Below the pieces are notes generated by a model, which did not search any database, was not told the origin of the DNA, and saw nothing but the letters and a program-made list of their open reading frames with translations. A stretch of DNA of 64,000 bases from Haliotis rubra (Eukaryota): NCBI RefSeq assembly GCF_003918875.1, contig NW_025767099.1:868001-932000 (forward strand), written 5' to 3'. Of the stretch, positions 1 to 10,600 are shown piece after piece. Position 1 is the first letter of the stretch, and every line of letters starts with the position of its first letter. The translations under genes were made by a program, and so were the position numbers.

Positions 1-524
1 CTCACTAACCTTCCAGCGCCTCACAGGCAGCTTGGGTTATCCGGGGTAATAACAATCAGATGTGTTAGCGCTATGAGCATGTGTGTTGCACATGGAAAAA
101 TATTGTGGACATTATAATTTCTCATTTATTCATTATTGCTATTATCATCCTCGACAACACAGGGCATCACCTCGCCATTCTGGACGCACTCACCACCAAA
201 GCGAAGCAGGATTCGCTTGTCCATGGGTGCATTTAAACTGTCTGCTATTTTTTGCGTCATGACCTTTTATCGGTGTCAAACAGAAAGGATCAGGATGCAG
301 CGAAGGTCTTTGACTAAAATTGACTAATTACGGGGAATACGTAGATGTTTAAGGTTTAAATATTAAATGTTACGAGAAATGGACTCATACGATGTTACTC
401 AGAAATGTCAGAAGTATTTCATTGGCAAAAAGCGTGAAGCAATGTAAACATCTGTCACCAAATTTGTTCAATTCTTATCTAAATTTCTTAATTTGGAAAA
501 AATGTAAATATATATATACTTTGA

Positions 525-694
525 GTGAGTGAGTGAGTGAGTTTGGTTTTACGCCGCTTTTAGCAATATTCCAGCAATATCACGGCGGGGGACACCAGAA
601 ATGAGCTTCACACAATGTACCCATGTGGGGATTCGAACCCGGGTCTTCGGTGTAACGAGCGAACACTTTTACCACTAGGCTACCCCACTGCCCC
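525..694 (-). mobile_element. tRNA-derived SINE family A
   Basis: A box (tagcctagtgg) and B box (ggttcgaatccc), (ACTC)n tail, 13-bp TSD atatatactttga. Further copies at about 1280-1360, 2483-2637, 14785-14867, 24391-24537, 27330-27500, 43342-43500, 49786-49960 and 53332-53470. Confidence 0.9.
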
Positions 695-1700
695 ATATAT
701 ACTTTGATATTGATAACATGCCAAAGTGAATAAATATTTTACTGTAACCATAGTTACAGGCAATTTATGCAGTATTATTTTCCGACAGTCAGCAGGAATA
801 GCAATATGTTACCTATTTTTCTAGATATTGTAATAGTACGCTTACGGGAGAATACAGTTGTGCTATTTTGGGAACGAAATTGGATACGAAAAATTAAAAA
901 TATATTTTGGCACAAAACCTGAATATCTGTATAAGTAAATATTTTTTAATAAGTTATCATAGATCTATTTTTTGTTTTGTTTGTTTGTTTGTTTAACGCC
1001 GCACTCAGCAATATTCCAGCCATATGGCGGCAGTCTGTCAATAATCAAGACTGGACCAGACAATCCAGTGATCAACATAATGAACATCGATCTACACAAT
1101 TGGGATACGCTGCATGTGTCAACCACGTCAGCGAGCCTGAACACCTGACCACGTTAGTCGCCCCTCACGACAAGCATGGGTTGCTGAAGATTAATTCTAA
1201 ACCGGATCTTCGCAGGTCATAGGCCTGTATAATGCAAGCAAATCACTGGTAGACAATAAAGCAACCATTATACGATACGAGTGAGTGAGGTTTTAGTTTT
1301 ACGCCGCTTGTAGCAATATTCCAGCAATGTCACGGCGGGGGACACAAGAAATGGGCTTCAGTGTTATTCTCATCAAGGTCACAGGGATGTGAGTCTGGGA
1401 ATGGGAAGATATTAACCAAAGATAATCGTTTTCCAGCAGTTGTTATGAATACGGCACTAAAAGGCTATACATTAGAATAATATACCCCAGTCAGTACATT
1501 TTGGACAAAAATGACAACAGGTAAAAGTATGCAATATCATGTCATAATCATATGATTAGGTCAGGTCAATACATAAAAGTGGAGTATTAAATTATATTAA
1601 TTCCTCAAAAGAAGAACACCATAGAATATTTGATTTGGAACTAAGATCCTGAAACAGCAGTGTTTGAAATGATTTCGTATTTCTTGTCATTGTCCACCTG

Positions 1701-1807
1701 GGCCTAGATTTTCGAAGCTCTCTTAGAGCTAAGATAGTCGTAAGTTAATGTTAATATATGGCACTTACGACTATCTTAGCTCTAAGAGAGCTTCGAAAAT
1801 CTAGGTC
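1701..1807. mobile_element. Palindromic MITE (single-unit form of the 53-bp family)
   Basis: Near-perfect 45-bp inverted arms ggcctagattttcgaagctctcttagagctaagatagtcgtaagt and its reverse complement. Confidence 0.75.
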
Positions 1808-2112
1808 CTTGAGCATAGTTTTCGTGAGATGTAGATGACGTAACACAGATGGTGAAACATTCGTGTTGGGCTATGACTTATATTAGTCTTAAATTATCAT
1901 TAACTCATCGTATCCTAACAATCTGTATTTCATAGTGCCTGAAGTCAACATTTTGAAAGTCAAAGAAAGAGTTAAGGCTCTGTCTGTCTGGTTGGCCCTG
2001 TGTATGTGTGTGTATCTCTGTGTGTGTGTCTGTGTCTGTGTGTCTGTGTCTCTCACTCTGTGTATGCATATTGATCACATGGTTATTGGTCTATATAATA
2101 TAGTCCACATAC

Positions 2113-5100
2113 GTTTTCCAAGGCCGTACTCAGTGGACAGGACGGGGAGGTAGCGGTCACTGGTGACCGTCATGACGACACCTACCCTCCCCTTCCTTCT
2201 TTCCAACTCCCCAAAATACGCCTTGGCACTGATGGTCTTCTCGCCCTGCACTGCGTAACCCAGCTGGACGTCAAACAGGTACGTTGCCTTCTCTGAAACA
2301 AGCAATGTCATACAGGAGTATTGCCTTGTCGGAGAGGATATTGCATTCAGGAAGAACCACTTTTCTGAAACAGGGAATGTCATCTTTCTCTGAAAGAGTT
2401 TCTGTCCTACAAAGTATAAAAGTCTCTGGAACTATTTATGACATACAGAAACAAAGTCTTCTCTGAAAGAACGTACGTAAGTGGGTGAGTGAGTGAGTTG
2501 GGTTTTACGCCCATTACAGCGTTATTCCAGCAATATCAAGGCGGTTGTCACTAGAAATGGGCTTCACATATTATACCCATGTGGTGAATCGATCCCAGGT
2601 CTTCGGCGTGACGAGCGAACGCTTTAACCACTTGGCCTAATTTAACCCTTTAACTAATTTTTCGTATATATTTTTCGTCATTACACCAACACTGTCTAAA
2701 AGTGTGTTCGTGACGACAATTGGAGGAGCAAAATTCTCAAAAATAATTTGTTTTCCGTAGTTGCTTAATTAAAGATATGGTATCAAATAGACGCCATGTT
2801 ACCAAAGACGATGCCGCATACCTGGAATGCAGAGTTCTGGGAAACTTTGGGTGATCTCTTTGACTTTGCATGTGTTTTTCTTCTCGTTGATGGTGTAGCG
2901 AAGTCCCTGCACAGAGACACTGATATCGTCACGCCAGTCTCAGAAATATGAACCAGTTCGATATTACCGGAAAAGTTTATAGCAAGTATTGATGTTTATG
3001 CTACACGTTTACAAAATGCGCTAGTTTAGGCATCCCATTGTATTATACATCTCCTATCTCTTTTCGATGTCGATAGATCGCCTGGACCGATCTCCATCAA
3101 AGTTTGGTTCATCACCCACATCACCAGGGCTCGACGTACACCTACACCAATCACGCCTGGTCCTTACGATCTCAGATTACCTGCCCTTGGTTTTCATTAG
3201 ACTCAGTTTGCTAACGAACCAATCAGAATACAGGTTACAAACCAGCCTCAACGTTGTGTTCGCGGGGAATTCAACCTTGAAACACTGAATGAAACACAAA
3301 AGAATGCCCTAAAATATTTTTGATGGAAAGGATGCTTTCGTGTCCATTATGCCTTCATGTTCACTATCATGTCTTTGGTATCAAGGCAATGCGTATTACA
3401 TCCCTTTTGACAGAATTTAATGAAATGGCGCACAATTCTTTTCTAGCAATCCTTTAAACCCTGACAATCTACGTATATAATCTATCTCACTCACTCATCC
3501 AAGCGACAACACAGTCACAATACTTACTGCCTTATAGTCGGTGATGATCTTGAAGTCCCAATGATGGCCACTCACTCACTCACTCACTCACTCACCAACT
3601 CACTCAAGCGACAACACACGATACGTACTGCCTAAGACGGTGAAGTCCCAATGATGATCACTCACTCACTCACTCTCCCACTCACTCGCCCACTCACTCA
3701 CTCACTCAAGCTACAACACACGATACTTGCTTCCTTATAGTCGGTGATGATCTTGAAGTCCCCATGATGGTCGCCGACAGATATGTTTGATACAATCGCA
3801 GTCATCTGATTCTGCTGGTCGTAGTAGATGATGTTGCGGCCCTGGGAATAAAGGAAACAGAAAGACAATAACTGGAATACATTCGGTTCAAAAATGAATT
3901 CTCAATGAATCAATAACAATATTTCTTTTCTCAGCTTTCCAAACCGCTGTGGAAATGTATTTTATTGTGATAAAAATATTGCTCTTACCTTTACACGCAA
4001 GTCTGCTTGATCGTTCATCATTTACAATGACCAAAATGTAATTAAACATGATCTACGAAGTCTATGTTAACGAATACTATGGGTACTACGGAAGCGATGT
4101 TCACCTCAGCGCTCCGACTGTCGTAAGTCTGTGTTAAAGTACGGAATCGACGTTCACCTCAGCGCTCCGACTGTCGTAAGTCTGTGTTAAAGTACGGGAG
4201 TGACGATCACCTTAGCGTTCCGACTATCGTAAGTCTGTGTTAAAGTAAGGGAGTGACGATCACCTCAGCGCTACGATTGTCGTAAGTCTATGTTAAAGTA
4301 CGGGAGTGACGATCACCTCAGCGCTCCGACTGTCGTAAGTCTGTGTTAAAGTACGGGAGTGACGATCACCTCAGCGCTCCGACTGTCGTAAGTCTATGTT
4401 AAAGTACGGGAGTGACGATCACCTCAGCGCTCCGACTGTCGTAAGTCTGTGTTAAAGTACGGGAGCGACGATCACCTCAGCGCTCCGACTGTCGTAAGTC
4501 TGTGTTAAAGTACGGGAGCGACGATCACCTCAGCGCTCCGACTGTGTTAAAGTACGGGAGTGACGATCACCTTAGCGTTCCGACTGTCGTAAGTCTGTGT
4601 TAAAGTACGGGAGTGACGATCACCTCAGCGCTCCGACTGTCGTAAGTCTATGTTAAAGTACGGGAGCGACGATCACCTCAGCGCTCCGACTGTGTTAAAG
4701 TACGGGAGTGACGATCACCTTAGCGTTCCGACTGTCGTAAGTCTGTGTTAAAGTACGGGAGTGACGATCACCTCAGCGCTCCGACTGTCGTAAGTCTATG
4801 TTAAAGTACGGGAGCGACGATCACCTCAGCGCTCCGACTGTCGTAATACTGTGTTAAAGTACGGGAGTGACGATAACCTCAGCACTGCGACTGTCGTAAG
4901 TCTATGTTAAAGTACGGGAGTGACGATCACCTCAGCGCTCCGACTGTCGTAAGTCTATGTTAAAGTACGGGAGTGACGATCACCTCAGCGCTTCGACTGT
5001 CGTAAGTCTATGTTAAAGTACGGGAGTGACGATCACCTCAGCGCTCCGACTGTCGTAAGTCTGTGTTAAAGTACGGGAGTGACGATCACCTCAGCGCTCC

Positions 5101-5576
5101 GACTGTCGTAAGTCTGTGTTAAAGTACGGGAGTGACGATCACCTCAGCGCTACGATTGTCGTAGGTGTGTGTTAAAGTACGGGAACGACGATCACCTCTG
5201 GGTTACGTCTGTCGTAAGTCTGTATTAAAGTACGGGAACGACGATCACCTCAGCGCTACGACTGTCGTAAGTCTGTGTTAAAGTACGGGAACGACGATCA
5301 CCTCAGCGCTACGACTGTCGTAAGTCTATGTTAACGTATGGGTGCTACGACCACCTAAGCGCTACACCTGCTGCCCTGTGCAGAGTTATGTCCTCCAGAA
5401 CACTAAAGTTATCAGGCCTGTCTACCCACCCTCTCCTTAAGCGGCTTGTAGTGCTCGTGCACCTGAGGCAGACCCAATCCAAGAGACCCCTCATACGCTC
5501 TCCAAGAAGGATTGGCGCATTTTCTATCAGCGACCGACACGCCGACAACAGCAACGGCAAACAACAGCTTCAACAT
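2113..5576 (-). CDS. Ependymin-related secreted protein, paralog 1 (exons 1-4; 3' exon(s) not identified)
   Basis: Exons: 5576-5430 (MLKLLFAVAVVGVSVADRKCANPSWRAYEG..., signal peptide), 3841-3731 (GRNIIYYDQQNQMTAIVS...FKIITDYKE; GC donor), 2906-2822 (GLRYTINEKKNTCKVKEITQSFPELCIP), 2292-2113 (EKATYLFDVQLGY...SDRYLPVLSTEYGLGK). Intron phases (0,0,1,1) and exon content match the + strand paralog. Confidence 0.8.
4060..5365. repeat. 53-bp minisatellite, about 24 copies
   Basis: Unit gtacgggagtgacgatcacctcagcgctccgactgtcgtaagtctgtgttaaa. Confidence 0.95.
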
Positions 5577-5634
5577 ACTGAACTGGCCTCCTGCAATAGC
5601 CCCTGTGAGTCTGACGTGAAGCCGTCTGTCCGGG

Positions 5635-5642
5635 TTTATATA
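5635..5642 (-). promoter_or_regulatory. TATA box of EPDR paralog 1
   Basis: TATATAAA on the minus strand, about 60 nt upstream of the ATG at 5576. Confidence 0.6.
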
Positions 5643-6149
5643 GCTTGCAGCGATATTGTGTGGGATATTACACCAGTCTCCAACACGCAGTTCATTTTGA
5701 TATATCGAGTTGATATAATAACTGCTAATATATAGTTATGTAATAACAGCTGATGACATGACAATGCGTTTTAGAGATGAACAGGATATCAATTTTTCAA
5801 TAAACTTTTTCGGATAAGTTTAATTTACTTCATTTGTGTGATTTTTAATTATTCAGTTTGACGGGGGAAAATATTGTTACTGACAGAATAATCGATCCAA
5901 CTTGTACAAACATTGTGCGTATGATGTGTCATTGAGTGAATAAGTGATTTGTTAACATCCTCTACGTCTCCAAGGTGCATTTCGGTAAAACCCTCAAACC
6001 TGAATTCCTTCCCGTAAGGGTGGGGTGCCATGGGGGTGTTATGGGGTGGGGGTGTTGAGATACGTAAGACGTTTGATGAAAGCCACTCAATAATTTACAG
6101 ACTGCTGCCATATAGCTGTTTTTGTTGAATGACGGGTGGGGGTATGTTT

Positions 6150-6890
6150 AATGAGGACAAACAAACATAGCACGAGTATCAGTTTGATGAAAGCAAACAC
6201 ATAGCAACGTATCAGTTTAATGTAGCAGACGTATCTGGGACAAACCAGCATAGCACGACGTATCAGTTTAATGTAGGACAAACAAACATAGCACGACGTA
6301 TCAGTTTAATGTAGGACAAACAAACAAACATAGCACGACGTATCAGTTTAATGTAGGACAAACCAGCATAGCACGACGTATCAGTTTAATGTAGGACAAA
6401 CAAACATAGCACGACGTATCAGTTTAATGTAGGACAAACAAACATAGCACGACGTATCAGTTTAATGTAGGACAAACCAGCATAGCACGACGTATCAGTT
6501 TAATGTAGGACAAACAAACAGCACGACGTATCAGTTTAATGTAGGACAAACAAACATAGCACGACGTATCAGTTTAATGTAGGACAAACAAACAGCACGA
6601 CGTATCAGTTTAATGTAGGACAAACAAATAAACATAGCACGACGTATCAGTTTAATGTAGGACAAACCAGCATAGCACGACGTATCAGTTTAATGTTGGA
6701 CAAACAAACAGCACGACGTATCAGTTTAATGTAGGACAAACAAACAAACATAGCACGACGTATCAGTTTAATGTAGGACAAACCAGCATAGCACGACGTA
6801 TCAGTTTAATGTAGGACAAACCAGCATAGCACGACGTATCAGTTTAATGTAGGACAAATAAACAGCACGACGTATCAGTTTAATGTAGGG
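6150..6890. repeat. About 38-bp minisatellite between the divergent EPDR promoters
   Basis: Unit acaaacaaacatagcacgacgtatcagtttaatgtagg. Confidence 0.95.
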
Positions 6891-7605
6891 GGAAATCCCA
6901 AACTAATACTTGACTGAAACATTTATCAGTGTGTGAGAAGCACAAGTTGGGGCGTTGTGCTGACACAGTTAGAAAAATTGGAGCGAACCTGATCGAAATA
7001 TATTTTATGACACTTGTATAACTTGCTGCAAGAGCCATTAAAAGAGTTCGGTTCTTCAATTCTGAAAAATAAAAATTAATTTAAAAGCAACTCCGAACCA
7101 TTCCAAACATGATATTGCATTTATTAGAAAGATGTGATAATTTAGAGATTCTGATAGACTAACACGTCCCACGTCCCAGTTTTTGACCTCTGCCCTCTGG
7201 AGAAATCGAGCTATAGTATGTAACACATATTAGTCCCCTACAGTAATATTCTGAATTGATATTATTTAATAACATGTCGTAACATAAATCACAAAATACA
7301 CAATTCATGCAAAATTTGTTATATTTTCATAATAATAATTTGAAACATGATCGTACCCTTGTCATGCTGATCAAGAAATCCTTGTAGGGCCTGTCTCAAA
7401 AACTGAAGTAAATTATTTTAAGATGTTTGTCTAAAACATCATCAGAAAAGACAACAACACTAGATATGCCCGGACAGAACAGACATGCAGGAAGGCTGTT
7501 AAGTATGATATAAAATTGGACATATGTGAAGGTTTATGTCAGGAAACCAAGCATGTCATAAATGATCAAATCCCGCATTTGAGATCTCCCCCATTGCATG
7601 CATTG

Positions 7606-7611
7606 TATAAA
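7606..7611 (+). promoter_or_regulatory. TATA box of EPDR paralog 2
   Basis: TATAAA about 50 nt upstream of the ATG at 7659. Confidence 0.55.
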
Positions 7612-7658
7612 GTGCTTCAATCGTCACAGGTTTTCCAGTCCTCTCTAAAATCTCAACG

Positions 7659-10600
7659 ATGTTGTCGTGGGCCGTGTTAGCTGTTGTGGTAGTCGCCGCA
7701 AATGGGTGTTGTGCACCTGACAGGTGGAGCGCCTACCAACTGAAGGCAGGGCTGGAGTTGATCAAAGGTTCTCCCAAAACTCAAGTGGTAAGTTATGTCC
7801 CCTTGATGTGGCAGGATCCTATGACTGTGAGTTCGAATGAGAGGTTCATGCTAATGGGTTCCACGGTACAGGAAGAATTTGTGTGTGAAGTGTTAGTTTA
7901 ATCAGTGTTAGTATGTGTGGTGAGGGTAGTGGGGAGAAAGGGGGTGATGTGGGGGTGAGACCGGGGATCCAGTCCTCTATGTGCAGTATATCACTTTTCT
8001 TTACAGGGTTACTTATTGTATGCGTTCCAGAAACCTGTAATTCTATGTTGGAATTCCTGTTCCTCCCTGCTCAATGGAGTTACTTAATCACAGTTCTGCA
8101 GACTGTCGTCAGAGATCTCGTCGTGGAATAAGTTTCCATTATTCCCCACACTTGTCATAATCAGTGAGGTCACATCCAATGATTTCACAGCTGGCTGTGT
8201 ACTTGTATTTGACAGATAGCATTGTACAGAGTTGCATCCCTTGGCCGCCCCAGGAGCCAGTGATTTGAGGTTCAAATATCTTATTAGCATTGATCATGAT
8301 TTAGGCCTGGCTAAAATGATTGATAATCAGAAATATCGTCGATAGTAAAATGTATTAATGATTATTGAATAGAAATTGCGTTATCGATAATATCATAACT
8401 GTAATTCTATGTTGGAATTCCTGTTCCTCCTGAACATAGTCAAAATGTATCTGCACAACATCCCTGCTCTCGATTATAGAAAATACCTGAATGCATCCAC
8501 TCTTTCATTCCACTGAAGCTGATTGTTGGACATGTGGGAGTGATCCGTGCTATCATATTTCACATACCACCTATATCCTGACCCGTGAAGATCCGGGTCA
8601 GAATTGATCTTCAGTAAAATGCATGCTTGTCGTAGAGGCGACTAACGGGATCGGGTGGTCAGGCTCGCTGACTGGGTTGACACATGTCATCTTATCCCAG
8701 TTGCGTAGATCGAAGCTCATGCTGTTTGTCACTGGATCGTCTGGTCAACACTCGATTATTGACAAACCGCCGCCACATAGCTGGAATATTGCTGAGTTCG
8801 GCGTTAAGCAACAAAGAAACCTATAATCCTATATGGAGCGACATTTGATAACACCTGATATGTTACAGGGAATCTCAAAGGTTTACCACGATGCTGCATC
8901 TGAGAGAAGTGCCGAAGTTATCAAGTATGCTGCAGAAGGCGAAAAGAATGGTGTAAAGTTTATATCAGATCACAGAAATGTAAGTAGAACTAAAGTTTAT
9001 ATCAGATCACAGAAATGTATGTAGAACTAAAGTTTATATCAGATCACAGAAATGTATGTAGAACTAAAGTTTATATCAGATCACTGAAATGTAAGTAGAT
9101 CTAAAGTTTACATCAGATCACAGAAATGTTAGTAGAACTAAAGTTTATATCAGATCACAGAAATGTTAGTAGAACTAAAGTTTATATCAGATCACAGAAA
9201 TGTAAGTAGATCTAAAGTTTATATCAGATCACAGAAATGTAAGTAGAGCTGAAGTTTATATCAGATCACAGAAATGTTAAGTTTATATCAGATCACAGAA
9301 ATGTAAGTAGATCTAAAGTTTACATCAGATCACAGAAATGTAAGTAGAACTAAAGTTTATATCAGATCACAGAAATGTTAGTAGATCTAAAGTTTATATC
9401 AGATCACAGAAATGTAAGTAGATCTAAAGTTTATATCAGATCACAGAAATGTAAGTAGAACTAAAGTTTATATCAGATCACAGAAATGTAAGTAGAACTA
9501 AAGTTTATATCAGATCACAAAAATGTAAGTAGAACTAAAGTTTATATCAGATCACAGAAATGTAAGTAGAACTAAAGTTTATATCAGATCACAGAAATGT
9601 TAGTAGAACTAAAGTTTATATCAGATCACAGAAATGTTAGTAGAACTAAAGGTTTTAGCCGAAGGTTATACGTAGATATTTTTCAGAGTAAGGCATATTG
9701 CTTTAAGCAACAGTGAGGGAGACAATTTGTTAGTGGTGCGCAATATAGTTTGAAGCATCAGCTAAACCTCTGACAAGACAATCGTATCTTTGTAAGATAT
9801 ATAGCATGAAGTTTGAATGGCTGTCTGGATAAGCGTGCATGTCAGTATCTATGTTGAAGTTGTCTTGCTGGTCTGGATAAGCGTGCATGCCAGTCTACAG
9901 CTTGAAGTTTTATTGCTTGTCTGGATAAGCGCGCATGTCAGTATATATCTTGAAGTTATATTGCTTGTCTGGATAAACGCGCATGTCAGCATATAGCTTG
10001 AAGTTATATTGCTTGTCTGGATAAGCGCACATGTCAGTATACAGCTTGAAGTAATATTGCTTGTCTGGATAAGCGCGCATGTCAGTATATAGCTTGAAGT
10101 TATAATGCTTGTCTAGTTAAGAGCCCATGTCAGTATACAGCTTGAAGTTTTATTGCTTGTCTGGATAAGCGCCCATGTCAGTATACAGCTTGAAGTTTTA
10201 TTGCTTGTCTGGATAAGCGTGCATGTAAGTATATAGCTTAAAAGTTTTATTGCTTGTCTGGATAATCGTGCATGTCAGTATATATCTTGAAGTTATATTG
10301 CTTGTCTGGATAAGCGTGCATGTCAGTATATATCTTTTAGTTATATTGCTTGTCTGGATAAAGCGCTTGTCAGTATATAGCTTGAAGTTATATTGCTTGT
10401 CTGGATAAACGCGCATGTCAGTATATAGCTTGAAGTTATATTGCTTGTCTAGTTAAGCGCCCATGTCAGTATATAGCTTGAAGTTGTCTTGCTTGTCTGG
10501 ATAAGCGCCCATGTCAGTATATAGCTTGAAGTTTTATTGCTTGTCTGGATAAGCGTGCATGTAAGAATATAGCTTAAAAGTTTTATTGCTTGTCTGGATA

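Noticed and set aside
125-320. Candidate last exon(s) of EPDR paralog 1
   Set aside because: No phase-1 frame gives the expected F-x-x-P-x-x-C motif without stops; the exon probably lies outside the window or is degraded.
4060-5365. Possible CRISPR-like array (semi-palindromic repeats)
   Set aside because: Contiguous tandem units with no unique spacers, no cas genes, eukaryotic intron.
8035-8430. 32-bp direct repeat (8035-8066 and 8399-8430) flanking about 330 bp
   Set aside because: Too long for a typical TSD and no recognisable element inside; probably a repair-associated duplication.
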